The translations under genes were made by a program, and so were the position numbers. A stretch of DNA of 64,000 nucleotides, taken from positions 3,168,001-3,232,000 of the forward strand of contig OZ244653.1 in NCBI GenBank assembly GCA_965218795.1, given 5' to 3'. Under the pieces are notes generated by a model. That model was not told the DNA's origin and made no database searches. It saw only the letters and a list, made by a program, of their open reading frames with translations. Source of the stretch: a bacterium (GTDB lineage: Bacteria; UBA8248; JACPRG01; G963555815). How positions within the stretch are numbered: the stretch's first letter is position 1; each line of letters begins with the position of its first letter. Positions 50,651-59,170 of this stretch are shown here, piece by piece.

Positions 50651-51145
50651 ATGTTAACATTGGAGTCGCTGGTGCCGAACGCGGGCAAGCGTTTTCACGA
50701 CGCTAGGCTCAACTCTGAAGTCATCTACGGCTTCCACACCCTGGCCATCGACGAGAAGCGCCGCGATTTTCCGCCTTCTCTCTGGAACGAGAGCGACGTT
50801 CAATCACATCAAACCATCGAGCAGGTCTGGTTCGCGGGCGTTCATGCGGATGTGGGCGGCTGGTACGACGAACGCGGCCTATCGAACATCACCTTGCATT
50901 GGATGCTCGGGAAGGCGATGCAGCACGGGTTGGAGGTGGACAAGAATAAGCTCAGAGGATATCGGCGTGATCCGCATGACAAGATGCATCAATCGTATAC
51001 GGGTTTCTGGAAGTTTCGCGGCCAAAGACAGCGCAAGATTCCAGAGGGCGCGACGATCCATGAAAGCGTGTTTGAACGCCGGGACAATCCGGACAACCGG
51101 TATCAGCCCCGGAATCTGCCGGACGAATACGATACGGTGAAGTAG
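50651..51145 (+). pseudogene. C-terminal fragment of a DUF2235/Tle1-like alpha/beta hydrolase
   Basis: H.LAIDEKR..F.P.LW, QVWFAGVHADVGG, L.WM; N-terminal GxSxG region absent. Confidence 0.75.
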
Positions 51146-51151
51146 GTGACT

Positions 51152-51210
51152 GTCGGGTTACGCTCTGCCCTGCATGTGCCTGCCGGCACGGTAGCAGGTA
51201 ACCCGACCTA
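51152..51210. repeat. GTAG-family REP with nested palindrome
   Basis: GTCGGGTTAC...GTAACCCGACCTAC with CCTG..GCCTGCCGGCA..GCAGG in the loop. Confidence 0.65.
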
Positions 51211-51249
51211 CGGCTGCTGTTAATTGCTGGGTACAAACCGAGGATTAGT

Positions 51250-51963
51250 ATGAAAGCTCATTTTCGTACCACACGTAAACATGCCTTCATTGTGCGCCGG
51301 GATGATCTCGATAAAATCTGGAAACTACTAGAGAATCGTATCGGCGCCGTTGATGCCTCAGCAGAGTGTTCGGATGATATGGTGCGAGAATTCGGCGATC
51401 TGAAACAACTAGTCTCGTATGATAATCCGCTTACGAAGAAGATCCTTAAACTTTCCATTCAGTCACGTTCTGGTGATTGGGAGAAGTCCGCAGATGTTAG
51501 CTTTTCGGATGACGCATGGATCGGTAGCCATATCGACATTCACGTCAAAGCGCCGGAACAGATCGGTTCGGAGATTAAAGATAAAATCTCCGACATTTTG
51601 GATGGGACGAACCCATGGTATTCCGTGCTAACGCGAATACCTATTTCCAATGTAATCTTTTGTGTGTTCCTTTTTGCCTATCTTTCCATGCTAATTTACT
51701 CTTCGAATAAACTGAACGAGACACCAAAAGGCAACAGCATTGAGGAGATATTTTTCACGTTAGGTGCCAACATCTTACTTTTTGGGGTATTAGCCCTTTT
51801 CAGTTGGGCCACAGGCAAGCTATGGTCTAGGCTTTTTCCCGTAGCCTTTTTCCCCTTAGGTCAAGAAGCACACCGCTACAAAGTAAAAGAGAAAATCCGT
51901 TGGGTGATAATAGGCGTTGTAGGCTCACTTATGGCATCAATGATCGGAGGACTTATCTGGTAA
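51250..51963 (+). CDS. Hypothetical protein with soluble N-domain and ~3 C-terminal TM helices; probable gene cassette ORF
   Basis: Low GC, GAGGA RBS, TAA stop overlaps the attC-like site. Confidence 0.75.
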   Translation: MKAHFRTTRKHAFIVRRDDLDKIWKLLENRIGAVDASAECSDDMVREFGDLKQLVSYDNPLTKKILKLSIQSRSGDWEKSADVSFSDDAWIGSHIDIHVKAPEQIGSEIKDKISDILDGTNPWYSVLTRIPISNVIFCVFLFAYLSMLIYSSNKLNETPKGNSIEEIFFTLGANILLFGVLALFSWATGKLWSRLFPVAFFPLGQEAHRYKVKEKIRWVIIGVVGSLMASMIGGLIW

Positions 51964-52016
51964 CTATACCCACAGCCGACACTGTAATGCGGTGCGGCTG
52001 AGTGCTGGCGTTAGCC
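51958..52016 (+). mobile_element. Integron attC-like recombination site
   Basis: TAAC-TATACCCA-CAGCCGAC-ACTGT-AAT-GCGGT-GCGGCTG-AGTGCTGGC-GTTAGCC; ~59-nt imperfect palindrome ending in GTTRRRY-like core. Confidence 0.65.
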
Positions 52017-52079
52017 CTACAAAGAAATGAAAGGAAGTATTCGCTACGTTCGACCGCCTCTTCCACGGCTTACATCTGG

Positions 52080-54656
52080 CTAATAGGGTTTAGCTTCGTC
52101 CCAGACGCGGCCGATGGCCGCTGCAATCTTCCCCTCCATCCGCTCCACCAACTCGCGATTGGCGTTGACGAGGGCTTGCTCGGCTTCGATATCGGTAACG
52201 ATGGTTTGTTGGATTTCGATAGATGGGCGAGGGATTTTGGTCTGGAACAATTGCGACCGATTGATCTTTGGAATACTTGCTCGTTCGTAGTGGTACCGAA
52301 TTTGTTTATTGAACGCTTCAGACAGCATATAGGCTGCTAGATAAGTAATCTGGATTTTGGAGTGGTCCGGAAGCAGGGGATACATGTCGGAGCTACAGTA
52401 TCCCTGAAGATCGACAACCGCTAATTTGTTGAGGTATGGTCGGATCTTGCTGTAGAGAAGACGTTCGCCAACAAATTCATAAACCGGGCCGTTTACCCTT
52501 TGGGCTTGAGCCGTCTCCACTTTTAGGAGCTTTCCAGTATTTGATTCAATACTATCTGCGCCGAAGTAAGGAAGGGTGATGTCCACGTCCTTGGTGACAA
52601 TTCCGCCTAGCGAGCACAACTCCCCCAACTCGACCATCGGCCATTCAGGGTCGATGGGGATGTGGGGGCGGTAGTTGTCGATGACGGCGCGGGCGCCATC
52701 GATGACCTTCTGGTAGCCCTCGATCTCGGCGATGATTTCCTTCTGTACTTCCGGGGGTGGGAGGGGTAGTTTGATTCGCTTTAGCGAATTGCCATTAAAC
52801 TGCGGCTGACCCCCTCCGGTCACAAATGCTTTCGCTTGGTTCCAATAGGCGTCGCTTTGGGCGAAGATCCAATAGTATTGAGGATGAACCTGCTCGGGCA
52901 GAAAGCGTAGTCGGATTAGATAGGATGCAAAAACTGCAGGGCAATCCTCCTCAAAGAGCATCGTCTTGCCATAGGTGGCACCGGTTCGAGCAACGAGGAT
53001 GTCTCCTTTTTGAAGAATCGATTCGCGCGCCTCACTTGTCAAGTTAATGAACTTAGGTTCTTCATTTCGAAGCGTTCCATGTTCAGAAATGTCAGTGATC
53101 CGTATGAATCTCGCATCGCCTTCCTCGCTCGCCTTTGCGGTGAAGCCATATTCGGGTTTCGCGAGTTCCCCCAATTCCACCATCGGCCATTTTGTTCTTG
53201 TACGAATTCCATTTTCCCGATACCGCTCACCGCTCAGGTTGTATTCCCCATCCGCGGCGATCCTTTCCTTTTCCACGATGAGGGCGGCCCCTTGCTCGAT
53301 GAGGCTTCCCAACATGGATGGACAGGATGAACGGGATTCCTTCTTATCCTGAATATCCTGCGCATCCATGTTCATGTATTCCTTCACGCCCCGCGCCGTG
53401 TCCGGCAGGTCGTTCCTGTCAATCTCCCGCCGCTGCGCTCCCAGGTCGAACCCGTCGTTCTCGACCTTGAAGAAGGCGATTTTGTCCGTCTTCTTCGCGA
53501 GCGGCTTGTCGAGGATGAGGATCGAGGTCTTGACGCCGGAATACGGCTGGAACACGCCGGCGGGCAGGGAAACGACCGCAACCAGGTACTCGTCGACGAG
53601 CATCCTGCGAAGCTGCTTGTAGGCGTTCTGGCTCTGGAAGATGATCCCCTCGGGCACGATGATCCCGGCGCGGCCCGAAGGCGTCAGGTGCTCGGCCATG
53701 TAGTCCACGAACAGCACCTCGCTCCGCTTGGACTGCACCGAGAAGCGGTTGTGGGGGCGGATCCCGCCCTTGGGCGACATGAACGGGGGGTTGGCCAGGA
53801 TCACGTCGGCGTACTCGTTCCAGCGGTCCTCGCTGGTGAGGGTGTCGTACTCGAAGATGTGCGGGTCACTGAAGCCGTGCAGGTACATGTTCACCAGGGA
53901 CAGGCGCACCATGTCCGGCGAAATGTCGTAGCCCTTGAAGTTCTCCGCCAGCCGGCCCCTTTCGTCGGGGGTCAGCATGGATGTCTGGAATTCACATGGA
54001 TAGACAGGATGGACAGGATTGTCAGTGTGATTTTCATCCTGCCCGTCCCGCATATCCATGTTCGCTCTCAGGATGTGCTTGTAGGCCGAGATCAGGAACC
54101 CGGCGGTGCCGCAGGCCGGATCGAGGACGGTCTCGTCCTTCTTCGGGTCGAGGACCGCGACGATGAAGTCGATGACGTGGCGCGGGGTTCGGAACTGCCC
54201 GGCGTCGCCCTGGGAGCCGAGGACGGAGAGCAGGTACTCGAAGGCGTCGCCCAGGCGCTCGGAGTGATCGTAGGCGAACTCGTCGATGACCTTGAGGAAG
54301 GCGCGCAGGGTCTCGGGGTCGCGATAGGGCAGATAGGCGTTCTTGAAGATGTCGCGGAAGAGCGGCGGTATGCCCGGGTTCTCCGGCATCCTCGTAATGG
54401 CCTCGGCGTAGAGGTTCAGGATCTCGTGGCCGCCGAGTCCGGCGCGCATCAGCCTGGCCCATCCGTAGCGGGCGAACCCGCCGTCGAAGAAGCTGCGCCG
54501 GCCGCCGAGCTCCTCGCTCTCGGCGTCGATGTCGTCCATGAACTTGTAGATGAGGGCGATGGTGATCTGCTCGACCTGGCTCTTGGGGTCGGGCACCTTG
54601 CCCACGAGGATGTCGCGGGCGGTGTCGATGCGGCGTCTGGTGTCGGTGTCGAGCAT
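52080..54656 (-). CDS. hsdM: Type I R-M N6-adenine methyltransferase fused to specificity subunit (two TRDs)
   Basis: GQFRTPR, LDPACGTAGFL, NPPF; WPMVELGEL twice and P...Q..I motifs in the S moiety. Confidence 0.92.
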   Translation of the reverse strand: MLDTDTRRRIDTARDILVGKVPDPKSQVEQITIALIYKFMDDIDAESEELGGRRSFFDGGFARYGWARLMRAGLGGHEILNLYAEAITRMPENPGIPPLFRDIFKNAYLPYRDPETLRAFLKVIDEFAYDHSERLGDAFEYLLSVLGSQGDAGQFRTPRHVIDFIVAVLDPKKDETVLDPACGTAGFLISAYKHILRANMDMRDGQDENHTDNPVHPVYPCEFQTSMLTPDERGRLAENFKGYDISPDMVRLSLVNMYLHGFSDPHIFEYDTLTSEDRWNEYADVILANPPFMSPKGGIRPHNRFSVQSKRSEVLFVDYMAEHLTPSGRAGIIVPEGIIFQSQNAYKQLRRMLVDEYLVAVVSLPAGVFQPYSGVKTSILILDKPLAKKTDKIAFFKVENDGFDLGAQRREIDRNDLPDTARGVKEYMNMDAQDIQDKKESRSSCPSMLGSLIEQGAALIVEKERIAADGEYNLSGERYRENGIRTRTKWPMVELGELAKPEYGFTAKASEEGDARFIRITDISEHGTLRNEEPKFINLTSEARESILQKGDILVARTGATYGKTMLFEEDCPAVFASYLIRLRFLPEQVHPQYYWIFAQSDAYWNQAKAFVTGGGQPQFNGNSLKRIKLPLPPPEVQKEIIAEIEGYQKVIDGARAVIDNYRPHIPIDPEWPMVELGELCSLGGIVTKDVDITLPYFGADSIESNTGKLLKVETAQAQRVNGPVYEFVGERLLYSKIRPYLNKLAVVDLQGYCSSDMYPLLPDHSKIQITYLAAYMLSEAFNKQIRYHYERASIPKINRSQLFQTKIPRPSIEIQQTIVTDIEAEQALVNANRELVERMEGKIAAAIGRVWDEAKPY
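53311..53372. repeat. CAGGAT palindrome inside hsdM-S, in frame
   Basis: AACATGGATGGACAGGATGAACGGGAT-N8-ATCCTGAATATCCTGCGCATCCATGTT. Confidence 0.9.
53994..54061. repeat. CAGGAT palindrome inside hsdM-S, in frame
   Basis: ACATGGATAGACAGGATGGACAGGAT-N16-ATCCTGCCCGTCCCGCATATCCATGT. Confidence 0.9.
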
Positions 54657-54673
54657 AAACGGATTCTTAATTT

Positions 54674-55357
54674 ACATGGATGAACAGGATGGACAGGATC
54701 ATTTCTTGTTCCGTCTATCCGGGTTTGTTCTTACTCCGGGTGAAGCGTTTGTATTCGAGCTTGGGGTTGCCGAAATTGATGAGAAGCCCTACCTCGATGC
54801 CGGTGGCATTCAGGTAGTTGATGATCTGGGCTTGATGCTCCGAGGTGAGGGCCTTCACCGCTTTGAGCTCGACGATCACGTTGTCTTCGATAAGGAGATC
54901 AGCGTAAAAATCGCCAACCGGCTTGCCGCGAAAGCATACTGTGATGGGCTTCTGAGCCTCAACGGAAATCCCTGCACCCAACAGCGCGATAATCATGGCC
55001 TTTTCATAGACAGACTCCAAAAACCCGCTTCCCAAATCGTTGATCACCTCAAAGGCGCAGCCAATGATGGAGCGCGTCAGTTCCTGGTGCAGCCTTTCGG
55101 TATCCATGTCCGGTTCCTTCATTTACATGGATGTACAGGATGGACAGGATTCTGGGATTGATCCGTGTCCTGCCTATCCTGTTGGTCCATGCTTGGTTCC
55201 TTCATTTACATGGATGTACAGGATGGACAGGATTCTGGGATTGATCCGTGTCCTGCCTATCCTGTTGGTCCATGCTTGGTTCCTAAATTTACATGGATGT
55301 ACAAGATATACAGGATAATTTCCATTTTCCTATCCTGTCCATCCTGTTCATCCATGT
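54674..55357. mobile_element. Candidate GxxExxY element bounded by a perfect 26-bp inverted repeat
   Basis: ACATGGATGAACAGGATGGACAGGAT at 54674-54699 and its exact reverse complement at 55332-55357. Confidence 0.65.
54715..55122 (-). CDS. GxxExxY protein (PD-(D/E)XK nuclease fold)
   Basis: GFLESVY, ADLLIE.NVIVELKAV, AQIINYL, GLLINFG; alternative start at 55107. Confidence 0.93.
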   Translation of the reverse strand: MKEPDMDTERLHQELTRSIIGCAFEVINDLGSGFLESVYEKAMIIALLGAGISVEAQKPITVCFRGKPVGDFYADLLIEDNVIVELKAVKALTSEHQAQIINYLNATGIEVGLLINFGNPKLEYKRFTRSKNKPG

Positions 55358-55358
55358 T
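55121..55358. repeat. Three tandem CAGGAT hairpin units with 83-bp period
   Basis: ATTTACATGGATGTACA starts at 55121, 55204 and 55287; the first two units are nearly identical. Confidence 0.92.
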
Positions 55359-55366
55359 TGACTTCT

Positions 55367-57913
55367 CTAGGCGGCGAACCGGTTCAGGGGCACGTAATCC
55401 TTGACGTATTCGGGGATGAGGGTGCGGTACTTCTCCGGCACGGCGCGGAAGTCGCGGGTGGAAAACGCCGGGTGGGTGGCCAAGCCGGTGAACTGTCGTC
55501 TGTCGATGATGTCTCGGACATAGCCGTTGGTGACGTACGCCTTGAAGTAGGTCCTGATGGCCGGGATGGACCGGGCCTCCCGGGGCTTATGGTCGGCGAC
55601 GAACTTGGCGAATTCCTCCTCCAGCAGCTCGTCCCTGGACTTGAAGCGCGGGATGAGGCCGAAGACCTTCTCCAGGATCTCGCGCAGGGTGAGGCGGCGG
55701 TCCACCGCGGCGGCTTTCCGCAGCTTGTCGAGGGTGTAGTACTCCTCGGGTCTGTCGAAGACCTCGCGGTTCACGTAGTCGATCACGCGGTCCCACTGTC
55801 CGGCTTCGACGGCCTGCGCGACGGTCTCGTCCTTGCGCACCGCGTCCTCGAACTTCTCGAAGAACATCCGGTCGATCTTCATCCCTTCGGAGCCGACTTC
55901 CTCTTCCCGGATCGTCGAAAGGATGTCGCGTCCAAGATGCTCATAGGCGCCGCCGGTTCTGACAGACTCTTCGCCGTCCCCGTCCTGGCCGTCCTCGCCG
56001 CCGCTCAAGGCCCGGGGCCGCGGCAGCTTCAATACCTCGTCGTAGTTGAACTCGGTCTCGAAATACTCGCAGTTGCCGAAGAAATCGAAGAGCTTGAAGG
56101 CGGTCTTCTCAGGTTCTTTGACGCCATCCGCGAGCGCGGGGTCGTGTAGCTGGTCGAGGAAATCGTGCGGGCGGGTGCCGCGCCCCTTGATCTGGACGAA
56201 ATCGGTGGGCGAGAAGATGGGGCGGAACAGGCCGAGATTCAGGATGTCGGTGCAGTCGTAGCCGGTGGTCATCATGCCCACGGTCACGCAGACCCGGGCC
56301 TTGCTCGTCCGGTAGCCGTCCAGGAAGTTGGCCGCGCCGAGCAGGTTGTTGTTGGCGAAGTTGACGGTGAACTGCTGGGCGTCCGGCACGTGCGAGGTCA
56401 CCTGCACGGCGAAGTCGGATTGGTATTTGCCGGGGAACATCCGGTCGGCGATCCGGTTGAAACTCTGCGCGAGCTTGGCCGCGTGGCTCTGGCTGACGGC
56501 GAACACGATGGACTTGCCGATCTCGCCGCTGACCGGATCGCGCAGGGCGTTCTCCAGGAAGGTCTTGCAGAAGAGCTGGTTGGTGGCCTCGGAGTAGAAG
56601 CGCTTCTCGAACTCGCGCTGCTTGTAGGCCTCGCCGTGATCCTCTCCCTCGGTATCGGTGAACGAGACGACGAACCCCTCCTCGGAGAGGAGCTGCGTGG
56701 TCACTTCCGTGCGGGCGTCCACCACGGTCGGGTTGATCAGGTATCCGTCATTCACGCCGTCGAGCAGCGAATATCGGAAGGTGGGGTGCCCGCTCTCGCA
56801 GCCGAAGGTGCGGTAGGTGTCGAGGAGGAGGCGCCGTTCGGCTTCGCGCGGGTCATGCGCCGCGGCGCCGTTCTTTCCGGCGCCCTTCAAATAGTCGCGG
56901 GGCGTGGCCGTCAGGCCGAGCTTGCAGCCCACGAAAAAGTCGAACACCGCGCGGGCGTTGCCGCCGATGGAGCGGTGCGCCTCGTCGGAGATTACGAGAT
57001 CGAAATCGGTGGGCGAGAAAAGCCGCCGGTATTTGTTGTCGAACAGGAGCGATTGCACGGTGGTGACGACGATCTCGGCGCGCCGCCACTCGTCCCGGTT
57101 CTCCTTGTAGACGACCGTCTGAAAGTCCGCCGAGAGCAACGCGGTGAAGACCTTCCGGGCCTGTTCCTCCAGTTCCAGCCGATCCACCAGGAAGAGGGCG
57201 CGGCGGGCGTTGCCGGAACGAAGGAACAGCTTGATGACGGCGGCGGCGGTGAGGGTCTTGCCGGTGCCGGTGGCCATTTCGAAGAGAAAGCGGTCGCCGC
57301 CGTCTTTCACCGCCTGCTGGAGGGCATGGATCGCTTTGAGCTGATAGGGGCGCAGAAAGCGCAGTTTGTTGGCCTGGATGAAGCCGGATCGCTCGGCTTC
57401 GTTCTTCCACGCGGCTTCGGAGGCGTAGTTCGGCCGCTGCGTGAGGACGATGTAGTCGTCTCGGACCCGTTCATCGATCAGGCGCCGCGGGTCGGGCGAG
57501 ACCTTCTGGTAGCCGGATACCGAATCCGGCGTCGGGAACGAGGTGATGACGTAGGGATTGCCGCGCTCCAGATCCCAGAAGTAATGCAGGTTGCCGTTCG
57601 ACAGGATGACGAAGCGGCAATTCTGCGAGCGGGCGTATTTGCGGGCCTGCTCCTTGCCGGCGAGGGGGTTCCTGTCCTCGGACTTGGCCTCCAGGACGAT
57701 CAGGGGAAACCCCTTGGCGTCGAGGAGCAGGAAGTCGATGAAACCTTTGGAGGTATTCTCGAAGTCGTCGCCCAGGGGGTCGAGGTCGGATGCCTCGATC
57801 GTGACGCCTGTCTCAAGGCAGATGTTGGCGGGCTCTCCCCCTTCGGCGAAGAAGCGCCAGCCGGCCGCTTCGAGCAGCCTGTTGATCTTGATGCGGGAAG
57901 CGGCTTCGTTCAT
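55367..57913 (-). CDS. hsdR: Type I restriction endonuclease subunit R
   Basis: IDFLL..VLEAK..QARKYA nuclease motifs, MATGTGKT, DEAHRS, LTATP, QIKGRGTR. Confidence 0.93.
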   Translation of the reverse strand: MNEAASRIKINRLLEAAGWRFFAEGGEPANICLETGVTIEASDLDPLGDDFENTSKGFIDFLLLDAKGFPLIVLEAKSEDRNPLAGKEQARKYARSQNCRFVILSNGNLHYFWDLERGNPYVITSFPTPDSVSGYQKVSPDPRRLIDERVRDDYIVLTQRPNYASEAAWKNEAERSGFIQANKLRFLRPYQLKAIHALQQAVKDGGDRFLFEMATGTGKTLTAAAVIKLFLRSGNARRALFLVDRLELEEQARKVFTALLSADFQTVVYKENRDEWRRAEIVVTTVQSLLFDNKYRRLFSPTDFDLVISDEAHRSIGGNARAVFDFFVGCKLGLTATPRDYLKGAGKNGAAAHDPREAERRLLLDTYRTFGCESGHPTFRYSLLDGVNDGYLINPTVVDARTEVTTQLLSEEGFVVSFTDTEGEDHGEAYKQREFEKRFYSEATNQLFCKTFLENALRDPVSGEIGKSIVFAVSQSHAAKLAQSFNRIADRMFPGKYQSDFAVQVTSHVPDAQQFTVNFANNNLLGAANFLDGYRTSKARVCVTVGMMTTGYDCTDILNLGLFRPIFSPTDFVQIKGRGTRPHDFLDQLHDPALADGVKEPEKTAFKLFDFFGNCEYFETEFNYDEVLKLPRPRALSGGEDGQDGDGEESVRTGGAYEHLGRDILSTIREEEVGSEGMKIDRMFFEKFEDAVRKDETVAQAVEAGQWDRVIDYVNREVFDRPEEYYTLDKLRKAAAVDRRLTLREILEKVFGLIPRFKSRDELLEEEFAKFVADHKPREARSIPAIRTYFKAYVTNGYVRDIIDRRQFTGLATHPAFSTRDFRAVPEKYRTLIPEYVKDYVPLNRFAA

Positions 57914-58202
57914 GCGGACGGGGCCTCTTTCGCGGCGCCATGGGACAGACCCGGAGTGTCCCGCACCGCTTCCGTGGTCTTCAAACGCCGAGATCCCCCT
58001 ACCTCCGCCACGACCGGGCGTCCAGTTTCTGTCACGGTCTCATCACGGGCGAGAATCCAGCTTCGTTCGTTCATTCCCGAGACCCTCGCAAACTCAAGAG
58101 CCAAATCCCAACCAGAAAAAAATACGAACTCTTTGGCCTTGTTTCGTAATACCACATCCCAAGGATTCCCGCACCCGAATGCTCCTGTCGGGGACCATGC
58201 CC

Positions 58203-59070
58203 TGGATTCCTGCTTGCGCAGGAATGACGGGCTGGGGGCGAGCGCCCGAAGGCTCTTGTCGGAGGCCATGCCGCATTGGTTCCCGGCCCTGTCCGACAAC
58301 AAGGTGATCCTCCGCGTGAAGCGGAACGGCCTCTCCCCCCACCGGCAAGATCCGCGGGCTGCGCCCTTGATTTGCCGACTCCCCCTCAAGGGGGGAGTGA
58401 TTCAAGGAACCGGGGGCGGGCTTCCACGGGAATGACAAGTGGAAAATCCGGGGAATTCCGGGGCGAAACGGCCGAGGAAACGTCAAGGGTGTATGAGGCG
58501 TTATAAGACCCCCCACCACACAGCCTTCGCCTCGGGGCTCGGCTTCTGCGACTCCCCCTCAAGGGGGGGAAGATTGATGGAGCAGGAGGCTGTGTCGCAT
58601 GGGTTCCCGGCCCTGTCCGGCAACAAGGCCCCTCCCTCCTCCGCGTGAAGCGGAACGACCTCTCCCCCCACCGGAAAATCCGCGGGCTGCGCCCTTGATT
58701 TGCCGACTCCCCCTCAAGGGGGGAGTGATGTATGGAGTGCCGCACCGGCGGGCCGGGCTTCCACGGGAATGACAAGTGGAAAATCCGGGGAATTCCTGGG
58801 CGAAACGGCCGAGAAAACGTCAAGGGTGTATGAGGCGTTATAAGACCTCCCACCACATCAGCCTTCGCCTCGCGGCTCGGCTTCTGCGACTCCCCCTCAA
58901 GGGGGGGAAGATTGATGGAGAAGGAGGCTGTGCCGCATGGGTTCCCGGCCCTGTCCGGCAACGAAGGTGCTCCTCCGCGTGAAGCGGAACGGCCATTTCC
59001 CCCCACCGGCAAGATCCGCGGGCTGCGCCCTTGCCTTGCCGACTCCCCCTCAAGGGGGGAGTGATTGATG
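58203..59070. repeat. Tandem A-B-A-B-A composite palindromic array, period ~337 bp
   Basis: CCACGGGAATGACAAGTGG at 58424 and 58761; CTCCCCCTCAAGGGGGG at 58379, 58552, 58707, 58890, 59043. Confidence 0.9.
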
Positions 59071-59170
59071 GAGAAGGGGCGGGGCGTTCGTCCTGTATGA
59101 TGGGAACGCCGGCGCCGGGCAGGATGCCCGGCCGGCCGTAGGTCTCACTCCGCGCCGGAGAGGACAGGAC

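Noticed and set aside
55121-55358. CRISPR array
   Set aside because: Units are 83-bp hairpins, the first two share the same loop, and no cas genes are present.
54670-55360. Target-site duplication around the GxxExxY element
   Set aside because: Only TT flanks both ends, and the intragenic copies show no consistent duplication.
58203-59070. CRISPR array or protein-coding ORFs in the repeat region
   Set aside because: Long composite units without unique spacers; the ORFs are translations of palindromes.
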